DNA of 64,000 nucleotides from Candidatus Cloacimonadales bacterium. Lineage in GTDB: Bacteria; Cloacimonadota; Cloacimonadia; Cloacimonadales; JAIOQZ01. Shown here one piece after another: positions 19,751 through 28,490 of the stretch. The notes beneath the pieces were generated by a model, which worked only from the letters and a program-made list of their open reading frames with translations, made no database searches and was not told the DNA's origin. Where the stretch lies: NCBI GenBank assembly GCA_963662655.2, contig CAXXTU010000002.1, positions 864,001 through 928,000 on the forward strand, read 5' to 3'. A program made the translations under genes and the position numbers. Every line of letters starts with the position of its first letter. The first letter of the stretch is position 1.

Positions 19751-20716
19751 TCAGCCAACCACTCCCGCCTGAATCAGATCGTGCATGTGCAGCATGCCGA
19801 CCTGCCTTCCATCGTCGTCGACAACGGGGAGCATGGTGATCTTGTTGTCTTCCATCATATTCAGGGCATCCACAGCGAACGTCGCGGGATGGAGGCGCTT
19901 CGGTCGGGCTGTCATGCACTCGACCGCCTTGAATTGCAGGACGTTGCCGCCCTTCTGCATGATCCTGCGAAGGTCGCCGTCGGTGATGATCCCAAGGAGT
20001 TTGTCGTCTTCATCGACGATTCCCGTACATCCCAAGCCTTTAGCGGTCATTTCGACGATCACCTCCTGCATGGAGACGCCGGAATCCACTTTTGGGTTGC
20101 GCTCGCCGGTGTGCATGAGGTCCTCCACGCGCAGCAGCAGCTTTTTCCCGATGGTTCCGCCCGGGTGGAATCTCGCGTAATCCTCCTCGGAGAAATCGCG
20201 CTTTCGCAGCAGCGCAATCGCGATGGCGTCGCCCATCGCCAGGGCAACGGTCGTGCTGGAGGTCGGGACGAGTCCCAGCGGCTCATATTCCTTGGGAACG
20301 CCGCAGTCGATGACCACGTCGGAGGCTTCCGCGAGCCGTGACTCGAGATTGCCGGTGAAGGCGATGATGGGAACCTTGAGGAACTTCATGTATGGCAAAA
20401 TGGAAACCAGTTCCTGCGTGTTGCCGGTGTTCGAAATGGCGATGACCACGTCGTCGCGACTCAGCATTCCCAGATCGCCATGCAAGCCTTCGGCAGCGTG
20501 CAGGAAGATGGCTGTCGAGCCGGTGCTGGCGAGTGTCGCCGCTACTTTCCGGGCGATGATACCCGTCTTCCCCATGCCGGTGACAACGATTTTTCCCCGG
20601 CAGTTCTGGAGGAGCTTTACGGCCTTTTCGACGTTTTCGCCAAGTCGCTCGGAAGCCATGCGGATCGCTTCGGCCTCGAGGTTCAGTTCCTTGCGGATGG
20701 TTTCCAGTATGTTCAT
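19751..20716 (-). CDS. kdsD: Arabinose-5-phosphate isomerase (KpsF/GutQ; SIS + 2 CBS)
   Basis: TGMGKTG, HGDLG, PTSST, FHPGG, ITDGDLRR. Confidence 0.95.
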   Translation of the reverse strand: MNILETIRKELNLEAEAIRMASERLGENVEKAVKLLQNCRGKIVVTGMGKTGIIARKVAATLASTGSTAIFLHAAEGLHGDLGMLSRDDVVIAISNTGNTQELVSILPYMKFLKVPIIAFTGNLESRLAEASDVVIDCGVPKEYEPLGLVPTSSTTVALAMGDAIAIALLRKRDFSEEDYARFHPGGTIGKKLLLRVEDLMHTGERNPKVDSGVSMQEVIVEMTAKGLGCTGIVDEDDKLLGIITDGDLRRIMQKGGNVLQFKAVECMTARPKRLHPATFAVDALNMMEDNKITMLPVVDDDGRQVGMLHMHDLIQAGVVG

Positions 20717-20759
20717 GTAATCTCCGTTATGCCTAATTATTCAATCACTTACACTGCTT

Positions 20760-21562
20760 GTCCTTCGACTCTGTGCAGGATGATACAATGCAACCGATTC
20801 CATTCCATTCGACTCCGCTCAGGATGACAGGGAAGGAATGTGAGATTCCCTCATGGTGACATGGAAGAAATGCTCGACTCCCTCGGGGTGATAAATATTA
20901 GGAAATCCCTCACGGAATTGAAGGGATTTCTTCTTACTGCCATCCTGTTATCTTCTTGCTGTCATCCTGTTTTCTTCTTGCTGTCATCCTGAGCGGAGTC
21001 GAAGGACAAGCAAGAAGAAAATTCATTCTGCTCCAACTTTCCCAAAATTCCTCGCGTTTGTCTCATTCTTGCATTCAGCCAAATCTTTGAGGAGATCGAA
21101 ATCGTTTGCGATCAACGCCTCTTTCTTCCTCCGAGTCCACCCCTTCACTTGCCCTTCAGCCGAGATCGCATCCCAAACATGCTGAAAATCCTGAGAGAAA
21201 ACAAGTTCGACAGGCTTCCGCTTACTTGTGTAGCCGCCTACAATACCAAGATTATGTTGGGAAATCCTTTCTCCAAATCACTTGTCGTGCCCGTGTAGTA
21301 CGATCCATCAGAGCATCTAACAATATACATCCAATAGCTTTTCATACTTTGATCCTGGTATGTAGTACTTCTGCTTTCCTTGAACAAGAAGAAGAGAGTC
21401 CTTCGACTACGCTCAGGATGACAGGGGAGAAATGCACGACTCTCTCATGGTGAGTCCTTCGACTACGCTCAGGATGAAGAGAAACACTCTCGACTTCCTC
21501 ATAAAATAACAGAAAACACTCCCATCGCCCTTCGACTCCGTCCAAGGTGGCAATGGGAGTGT
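20760..21562. repeat. Cluster of REP-like ~26-bp palindromic repeats, consensus GTCCTTCGACTNCGCTCAGGATGACA
   Basis: Copies at ~20760 (degenerate), 20805, ~20872 (degenerate), 20982 (inverted), 21398, 21454 and ~21527 (degenerate); 22-bp tandem units at 20929-20990. Confidence 0.9.
21023..21345 (-). pseudogene. GIY-YIG nuclease (YhbQ/UPF0213-like) with one frameshift, possibly a sequencing error
   Basis: MKSYWMYIVRCSDGSYYTGTTSDLEK/RISQHNLG..GGYTSKRKPVELVF...AISAEGQVKGWTRRKKEALI...; one A is missing in the run at ~21268-21270, and restoring it gives 107 aa. Confidence 0.88.
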
Positions 21563-21575
21563 ATAGCGTCGTATG

Positions 21576-23519
21576 TTAACCCTTCAGGCTCTTGATGTCT
21601 GCTTCGATCTTCTCGATCGCCTTGTCTATCTCGAACGATCCGACATCGCCTTCACCGTGGCGCCGGACGGATACGGTGCTCGTATCCTCTTCCCGCTGCC
21701 CCATGATGAACATGTAGGGTATCTTCTTCAGTTCCGCGTCGCGAATCTTGTAGCCGATCTTCTCGTTGCGGAGATCGATCTGTGCGCGAATTCCGGCTTT
21801 CTTCAGCTTCTTCAGCACCAGATCGCCGTAATGCTCGAAGTTCTCCGAGATCGGAATCACCATCACCTGAACCGGGCAAAGCCAGGTCGGGAAATTCCCC
21901 GCGTGGTACTCGATCAGCGTTCCGAAGAACCTTTCGAGCGATCCGAGCAGCGCGCGGTGTATCATGAACGGTCGGTGCGACTGGTTGTCCGCGCCGATGT
22001 ATTCCATGTCGAAACGCTGCGGCAGATTGAAATCGAACTGGATGGTGCTGAGCTGCCACAGGCGTCCGAGCGAGTCCTTGATCTTGATGTCGATCTTCGG
22101 GCCGTAGAACGCTCCACCGCCTTCATCGACATCGTAATCGATCTTCGCTTCCTCGAGCGCGAGCTTGAGAGCGTCCTGCGCCTTGATCCAGTCGGATTCC
22201 TCGCCCACCGATTTCTCCGGTTTCGTGGAGAGGTATATCTTGAATTCCTCGAATCCGAACGCCCTGAGCATCGAAAGCGAGAAATCCAGGAGCTTCACGA
22301 CTTCTTCGTTCATCTGCCCTTCCGTGCAGATGATGTGCGCGTCGTCCTGGGTAAATCCGCGAACGCGCAGCAATCCGTGAAGTGTCCCGGAGCGTTCGTA
22401 GCGATAGACGGTTCCCATCTCCGCATAGCGAACCGGGAGCTCGCGGTAGCTGCGAAGGCTCGATTTATAGATCATGATGTGGAAGGGGCAGTTCATCGGT
22501 TTGAGATAGTAGTCCTGACCTTCCACCTCGATCGGCGCGTACATCGATTCCGAGTAGAAACCGAGGTGGCCGCTGGTCTTCCATAGGTCGCTGCGCCCGA
22601 TGTGAGGCGTATTCACGAGCTGGTAGTCCGCATCGAAGTGGCGATCTTTCCAGTATTGCTCGATGATGGCACGCATCATGGCTCCATTCGGATGCCAGAG
22701 CACGAGTCCCGCTCCAATCTCGTCCGAGATGGAGAAGAGATCGAGCTCTTTGCCGATCTTGCGATGATCGCGTTTCTTTGCCTCTTCCAGATCCGAGAGG
22801 TACTGCTTCAGCTCTTTCTTAGTGGGGAACGCGATGCCGTAGATGCGCTTGAGCATCTTGTTGCGCTCATCGCCGTGCCAGTATGCGCCCGATGTTTTCA
22901 GAAGCTTGATCGCCTTTATCTTGCCTGTGTGAAGAACGTGCGGGCCGCGGCACAGGTCGGTGAAATCTCCCTGCGAGTAGACCGATATCGTTTCGCCTTC
23001 GGGAAGGGCCTGGATCAATTCGACCTTGTATGGCTCGTCCATCTTCTTGAAGAGGTCGAGCGCTTCTTCGCGACTCACGACCTTACGCTGGTAAGGGAAT
23101 TTCTCCTTGGCGAGTTCTTTCATGCGCTCTTCGATCTGTTCCAGTTCCTCGTCGGTAAAAGCCTGTTCGCGATCGAAATCGTAATAAAACCCGTTCTCGA
23201 TGGACGGTCCGATACCGACTTTCACGTCCGGGAACAACTGTTTCACGGCCTGGGCCATGAGGTGTGAAGCACTGTGCCAGTAAATATCTTTACCCTTATC
23301 GCTTTCGAAGGTGTAGAAAAGGATTACCGCATCATCTACGATGGGTTGCATCATATCGACAAGCTTGTTATTCGCTTCGGCCGCAATTGCCCGAAGCGCG
23401 AAATTCTCGTTGATTCCTTCCGCGATTTCCAGAGGCGTTACTCCGGAATCGAATTCCTTTATGTTTCCATCAGGGAAAGTGATCTTTATCTTCTTTGGTT
23501 CTTCATTAGCCTTTGTCAT
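21576..23519 (-). CDS. thrS: Threonine--tRNA ligase
   Basis: TGS domain, HSASHLMA, DLCRGPH, RDHRKIG, KPMNCP, FYGPKID. Confidence 0.99.
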   Translation of the reverse strand: MTKANEEPKKIKITFPDGNIKEFDSGVTPLEIAEGINENFALRAIAAEANNKLVDMMQPIVDDAVILFYTFESDKGKDIYWHSASHLMAQAVKQLFPDVKVGIGPSIENGFYYDFDREQAFTDEELEQIEERMKELAKEKFPYQRKVVSREEALDLFKKMDEPYKVELIQALPEGETISVYSQGDFTDLCRGPHVLHTGKIKAIKLLKTSGAYWHGDERNKMLKRIYGIAFPTKKELKQYLSDLEEAKKRDHRKIGKELDLFSISDEIGAGLVLWHPNGAMMRAIIEQYWKDRHFDADYQLVNTPHIGRSDLWKTSGHLGFYSESMYAPIEVEGQDYYLKPMNCPFHIMIYKSSLRSYRELPVRYAEMGTVYRYERSGTLHGLLRVRGFTQDDAHIICTEGQMNEEVVKLLDFSLSMLRAFGFEEFKIYLSTKPEKSVGEESDWIKAQDALKLALEEAKIDYDVDEGGGAFYGPKIDIKIKDSLGRLWQLSTIQFDFNLPQRFDMEYIGADNQSHRPFMIHRALLGSLERFFGTLIEYHAGNFPTWLCPVQVMVIPISENFEHYGDLVLKKLKKAGIRAQIDLRNEKIGYKIRDAELKKIPYMFIMGQREEDTSTVSVRRHGEGDVGSFEIDKAIEKIEADIKSLKG

Positions 23520-23565
23520 GGTGTCCTCTTTCTATTCTTTTTCAATACAATCTAATCGGGATTTC

Positions 23566-25011
23566 CTAAAACACTTCCGCCCGTTTCCGAATCCAGGAAA
23601 TCAGCCAGACGATGCCGATGATCAACAGAACCATGCCCAAAATCACCAGCAATTCGAGACGGTAACTATGTTCCTGAACCTTTTTGTGGCTGGAACCGCT
23701 GCTTCCTGATTGCTTTCCGCTCTCGCGCAAATCCTGAGCGATCCTGTCCGCGGCTTTGTCCAGTGCATCCTGCGGACTAAGCACGCCGCGCAGAACCTTT
23801 TCAATTACGTTCTCTTCCAGATGCTTCCGGGCAGAATACCATTCCGCGATCGGTGGCTCGAACGTCGAGTAATTCAACTGATCGTACACCGCCGCGATCT
23901 CGGGATATGTCTCCATTCTTTCTTTCAGAACCGGCTCTTCGAATGCGCTCTTGCGCACCGGCATGTAGTAGGTCATATCCGACCATCTGGCCGTCTGTGG
24001 TGCGTCGGTAAACCATTTCACGAATTCCCATGCCGCTTTTTCCACTTCTGGATCCGGACCCTTGAAAATCACAACGTTCGTTCCGCTGATGATGTTCCGC
24101 TTCGTTTCGCGAACCGGAATTGGGCCGATACCCATGTAGAAGTTAATGCCCGTCAACTGGAGGTACGCCATCGACACGCTGGAGCCTTCCACCATCGCCA
24201 CCTTGCCGGCCAGGAAATCGTTCTGGCCTTCGTAACCGGTGGAGAGGTATGCTGAATGGTCCTCATTGAGCAGCGCGGACAGGAAATTTAGCGCTTCCAC
24301 GCCAGGTTCCTGATTGAACAGAGGGGTCATGCTGTCGGGACTCATGACTTCCCCGCCTGCCTGCAGTAGCAAGTTTTCGAACTGCCACGCACTCACGGGG
24401 AACGTAGTCCCATAGACCTCCGGAACGCCATCGTTGTCTTCGTCAACCGTCAGTTTCCGGCAGTACTCTCTGAACTCATCCCACGTCTGCGGACACGAGT
24501 ACGGATCAAGTCCATGCTGGAAAAAGGCGTCACGGTTGTAGTACATTACACGTACACTTTTATTGAACGGGAAAGCCCACAGCCTCCCGTCGAATGTGTT
24601 GCTCTTGATGAATACGGGATAAATGTCATCCAGCGTCGCCCGGAAAGCGGGATCGTTCTCAATGAACGAATCCATGGCTACAAGCTTGTCAGCTTCCATG
24701 AAATTGGCAATCCACGATTCGAACGCTTGCGCGATATCCGGCTGTTCATCCGCCTGGATACTCGCCATCAACTTTGTCGAAAGCGCCGAGTAGTTACCCA
24801 TGTTGATCGCCTTGATGTGGATATTCGGATGCGTGCTGTTGAAATCCTCAACCAGCTCGATCAGCGCGTCGCCCAGAGGACCGCCCATCGCATGCCAGAA
24901 AACCACCTCTGTCTGCTTCTTCGGCTGCGCACAGATAAACACCGTCAGCGACACGATGGTGAGAGACAGTAAAACCTTCTTCCATTGGATGCCAATATTC
25001 ATTCTTTGCAT
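23566..25011 (-). CDS. ABC substrate-binding protein (sugar/glycerol-3-phosphate type) with C-terminal TM helix
   Basis: FWHAMGG, PFNKS..MYYN, AAWEFVKWF; hydrophobic C-terminal segment followed by RKR. Confidence 0.85.
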   Translation of the reverse strand: MQRMNIGIQWKKVLLSLTIVSLTVFICAQPKKQTEVVFWHAMGGPLGDALIELVEDFNSTHPNIHIKAINMGNYSALSTKLMASIQADEQPDIAQAFESWIANFMEADKLVAMDSFIENDPAFRATLDDIYPVFIKSNTFDGRLWAFPFNKSVRVMYYNRDAFFQHGLDPYSCPQTWDEFREYCRKLTVDEDNDGVPEVYGTTFPVSAWQFENLLLQAGGEVMSPDSMTPLFNQEPGVEALNFLSALLNEDHSAYLSTGYEGQNDFLAGKVAMVEGSSVSMAYLQLTGINFYMGIGPIPVRETKRNIISGTNVVIFKGPDPEVEKAAWEFVKWFTDAPQTARWSDMTYYMPVRKSAFEEPVLKERMETYPEIAAVYDQLNYSTFEPPIAEWYSARKHLEENVIEKVLRGVLSPQDALDKAADRIAQDLRESGKQSGSSGSSHKKVQEHSYRLELLVILGMVLLIIGIVWLISWIRKRAEVF

Positions 25012-25041
25012 GAGATTTCTCCCAATATAACGTTTGCGCGT

Positions 25042-25069
25042 AAAGTAGAATCGGCTCCAGCGGCGTCAA
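25042..25069 (-). promoter_or_regulatory. Putative sigma70 promoter for the SBP-thrS unit
   Basis: TTGACG-16 nt-TACTTT on the minus strand. Confidence 0.45.
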
Positions 25070-25118
25070 TGAATTTTTCGGTTAGGATTTTATCGGAAGA
25101 AACGGTAAAATTCGAATT

Positions 25119-25347
25119 CGTACGCCCGATTCAGCGGCGGGGCGGCGCGTGGGCGTTCGCCCACAGAACGTTTTGCAGGCATATCGATGGTAAATTGCCG
25201 CCTGCAAAACGTTCCCGGAAGCCTCACAGACAATCGGCTGTGCCAACCGGACAACGTCCCGAAAACCATTGCAAGTCTCACATACAGTGAACGACGGCTT
25301 CCGGCGCCGCCCCGCCGCGGGAGCTAGGCTGATTCCGGATTGTGCGC
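25119..25347. ncRNA. Unidentified highly structured element (four-way junction); ncRNA or ssDNA structure
   Basis: Perfect stems 25134-48/25304-18 (15 bp), 25149-64 hairpin, 25166-80/25200-14 (15 bp) and 25216-23/25296-303 (8 bp). Confidence 0.5.
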
Positions 25348-25352
25348 GGAGT

Positions 25353-25382
25353 AAAAAAAAGGACGATCATCCGATCGTCCTT
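25353..25382 (-). terminator. Intrinsic terminator of rocD
   Basis: 10-bp stem AAGGACGATC/GATCGTCCTT, 4-nt loop, 8-U tract on the minus strand. Confidence 0.85.
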
Positions 25383-25403
25383 CAAAATTAATACAGTATA
25401 CGC

Positions 25404-26645
25404 TTACTTGAGCTCGTCAAAAACGCTGCGAATGATCTCAACGCATTCCTTGAGTTGATCTCTCGTAATGACCAACGGCGGTGCAAGACGAATGATGTGG
25501 CGGTGCGTAGGTTTGCAGAGCAGACCTTTGTCCTTGAGGCGCAAGCACACGTCCCAGGCTTCCACATCGTCCTTCGGCTTGACGATGATCGCGTTCAGCA
25601 ATCCTTTTCCACGGACAAGCTCGATCATCGGGGTATCGATTTTCCTCAGTTCATCACGGAGATACTCTCCAAGCTCCTCTGCCTTTTCGGTGAGCTTTTC
25701 GTCACGCACGACTTCCAGCGCAGCCTTGGCAACGACGCATGCGAGCGGAAATCCGCCGTAGGTCGAGCCATGCTCACCCGGCTTGATCACCAGCATGATG
25801 TCGCGGTTCGCGAGTACTGCGGAAACCGGAAGAACACCGCCGGATATGGCCTTTCCAAGGATGAGAATGTCTGGCTTGACCTCTTCCCAATCGCTGGCAA
25901 GGAGCCGCCCGGTACGGGCGATACCCGTCTGGACTTCGTCGGACACGAAGAGCACGTTGTGCGCTTTACATACATCGTATGCCTTCTTAAGATAACCGGC
26001 ATCCGGTACGTTCACACCGGCTTCACCCTGGATCGGTTCCACGATAAATGAACAAACTTCGTCGCCGATTTCGTTCAAGGTTCTTTCGAGGGCTGCAACA
26101 TCATTGTAAGGTATCTTCACGATGCCGGGAAGGTACGGCCCGAATCCGCCGAACGCGTCGGGATCGGTTGAAGCAGAGATAACGCCGAGCGTTCTTCCGT
26201 GAAAATTGTTCTCGCAGAAGATGATCTTCGCTTTGTTCTCAGCGATGCCCTTCTTCTCATAGCCCCACTTACGGCTGAGTTTCATCGCGGTTTCAACGGC
26301 TTCGACACCGGTGTTCATCGGAAGAACCATATCGTATCCGAAGTATTCGGTGATGAATTTTTCGTATTCGCCAAGCTTGTTGTTGAAAAACGCTCTCGAT
26401 GTGAGCGTCAGTTCTTTCGCTTGATCAATCAAAGCTTCGATAATCTTTGGATGGCAATGCCCCTGATTGACGGCCGAGTATGCCGAGAGAAAATCATAAT
26501 ACTTGTTTCCCTCCGGATCCCATACGCAAGCGCCGTCACCTTTAGCGATCACCACGGGCAGTGGATGATAATTGTGTGCACCGTAACGTTCTTCCATTTC
26601 TATAGCTTCAGCGCTTGACACATTTCCGAATTTGAGTTCAGCCAT
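25404..26645 (-). CDS. rocD: Ornithine--oxo-acid aminotransferase
   Basis: [56 protein letters not shown]. Confidence 0.96.
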   Translation of the reverse strand: MAELKFGNVSSAEAIEMEERYGAHNYHPLPVVIAKGDGACVWDPEGNKYYDFLSAYSAVNQGHCHPKIIEALIDQAKELTLTSRAFFNNKLGEYEKFITEYFGYDMVLPMNTGVEAVETAMKLSRKWGYEKKGIAENKAKIIFCENNFHGRTLGVISASTDPDAFGGFGPYLPGIVKIPYNDVAALERTLNEIGDEVCSFIVEPIQGEAGVNVPDAGYLKKAYDVCKAHNVLFVSDEVQTGIARTGRLLASDWEEVKPDILILGKAISGGVLPVSAVLANRDIMLVIKPGEHGSTYGGFPLACVVAKAALEVVRDEKLTEKAEELGEYLRDELRKIDTPMIELVRGKGLLNAIIVKPKDDVEAWDVCLRLKDKGLLCKPTHRHIIRLAPPLVITRDQLKECVEIIRSVFDELK

Positions 26646-26918
26646 GATTCCTCCAAATTTTTTTCTGATTACCTAGCGCAAAATGCGAAATTGGTTTTTA
26701 TGTCAATGAATTTACCTCTCTTTTTTTCTTTACAACGCGGGGAATTTTGCTAAACGAGGATTCGGAACTAGATTATATCAGAATTTAGAATATCTTATGG
26801 TGCGTTTCACAGACAACCATATTTCTTCACCGTTAACATTGCTATGAGATACTGAATTCTTTGCCCAGAGAATATTAAATTATTCTGGACTATTTTTTGT
26901 TGGAGGCCCGGGAGTTAT

Positions 26919-28484
26919 ATGAATCACAATGATTCGAAATCAATTTCATTCAATGTAGGTAAAATAGATATTGAAATCCAAGAACTCGTGAAATCCGGAT
27001 TGGAAAATAAAACCGAAAATCCGGAACATGCGATCGAATTATATGAAAAAGCATGGCAGCTTTCTCTGCAATACGAATTGGAAAAATATCAATTAGAAAT
27101 CATTCCTCACTTGGGAGGTCTCTATTATAGTTATCAACAAGATAAAAAGAAAATGCTTGATTTGAACATGAGCGCTCTTGCATTGGGCGAGAAAATGGGT
27201 GATGATGATCTGATCGCGAAGTCCATACTGGCTATAACATGGTCTTACCTCAGAACACAAGATTATGTTGAAGCAATTAAGATATTTTTTAAGGGATTTG
27301 ATGCGGTTCAGCGATCAAAAAATGAAAGTCTTAAAGCCAGCCTATACATTAATCTGGCAACCTGCTATATAAAAATCGGCAGCCATGACAAGGCATTGGA
27401 AACGTTATTCATATTACTGAATCTTGGCGAGGAGCTAAATGATCTTCGCATCATTCGTACAGCTTACTGGAATGTACAGCAAATATATTTACAAATCAAT
27501 GATACTGCGAAAGCTGAAGAATTTACATTGAAAGCGATCCAGATTTCGAAGAAGATCGGTGATGACGAGGCTATTGGGGCTCTGAAGATCAATTTAAGCG
27601 TTATCATGGAGAAAAGGGGCAATATGGGAGAAGCTCGGGAGCTGCTCGATCAGAGCATTTCCTGTCTTAAAAATGTGAAAACAAGAGAATCTGATTATCT
27701 GATTGCCATCATCAATCGTGGAATTTTACATAGACAATTTCGTAAGTACGATGACTCTGAGAAAGATTTACTCTTAGGAATTCAAATCGCAGAGAGAATT
27801 GGGAACCGCGAATTGCTTTGTAAAGCATACAATGGTTTGGGACACCTTTATATTGAGATTTCGAAATATGAAGATGCTGAATATTATCTTAAAAAGTCAG
27901 CCTCTCTTTCAACGGAATTGGGAGATCATGAGTTTGACACCGTTGTGAACAAGAGTTTGAGGAAACTTTATGAGAAGCAGGGACGATATAAAGACGCGAT
28001 GAAAGCGATGGATCAAGTGATCAACTTCTCGGAGAAAATTTTCGCCGAAAAACTTGCTTCCCATCTTGCTCAAAACCATGCACTGTTTGAAGTTGAAAGA
28101 ATTGCGAGCGAAAAGAAATACTACCAAAGCCGTTCCGAGGAACTGGAGAAAATGAACCGCGAACTCCAGGATGCCTACAACAAGCTGAAACTCACGCAAG
28201 ATACCGTCCGGGATCTCGAACGCAAGAGCTCGGTCATGGCTATGGCCGTTACTGCGAATCATGAGTTGAATCAACCGCTGATGGTGATCTATGGAAATCT
28301 CGAACTTCTCAAAGGACGCCTTAATCAGGATGATGAGACAAAGATGAAGTACTTCTCGCGGATTGAAAATGCGGTACAGCGTATCGAAAACATCTTGCAG
28401 AAGTATAGAGAAGAGGGCGAATGCCAGCTTACGGAGTACTCTGGATCCACCCTCATGTTTGAATTTGTCAAAACGTCAGATTGA
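26919..28484 (+). CDS. TPR-repeat protein with C-terminal coiled coil and HisKA-like domain
   Basis: Multiple TPR helices; ANHELNQPL H-box near the C-terminus; no HATPase domain. Confidence 0.8.
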   Translation: MNHNDSKSISFNVGKIDIEIQELVKSGLENKTENPEHAIELYEKAWQLSLQYELEKYQLEIIPHLGGLYYSYQQDKKKMLDLNMSALALGEKMGDDDLIAKSILAITWSYLRTQDYVEAIKIFFKGFDAVQRSKNESLKASLYINLATCYIKIGSHDKALETLFILLNLGEELNDLRIIRTAYWNVQQIYLQINDTAKAEEFTLKAIQISKKIGDDEAIGALKINLSVIMEKRGNMGEARELLDQSISCLKNVKTRESDYLIAIINRGILHRQFRKYDDSEKDLLLGIQIAERIGNRELLCKAYNGLGHLYIEISKYEDAEYYLKKSASLSTELGDHEFDTVVNKSLRKLYEKQGRYKDAMKAMDQVINFSEKIFAEKLASHLAQNHALFEVERIASEKKYYQSRSEELEKMNRELQDAYNKLKLTQDTVRDLERKSSVMAMAVTANHELNQPLMVIYGNLELLKGRLNQDDETKMKYFSRIENAVQRIENILQKYREEGECQLTEYSGSTLMFEFVKTSD

Positions 28485-28490
28485 CACGTT

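Noticed and set aside
21106..21545. ORF-track ORFs 21106-21453 (+) and 21342-21545 (-)
   Set aside because: They are translations of the repeats or antisense to the frameshifted GIY-YIG gene.
20760..21562. CRISPR array
   Set aside because: The repeats are in mixed orientation, irregularly spaced, enclose a gene and have no cas genes nearby.
23520..23565. T-box leader for thrS
   Set aside because: The spacer is only ~46 nt and has no T-box motif.
24985..25290. ORFs over the four-way-junction element
   Set aside because: Their composition reflects the GC-rich stems; no protein features.
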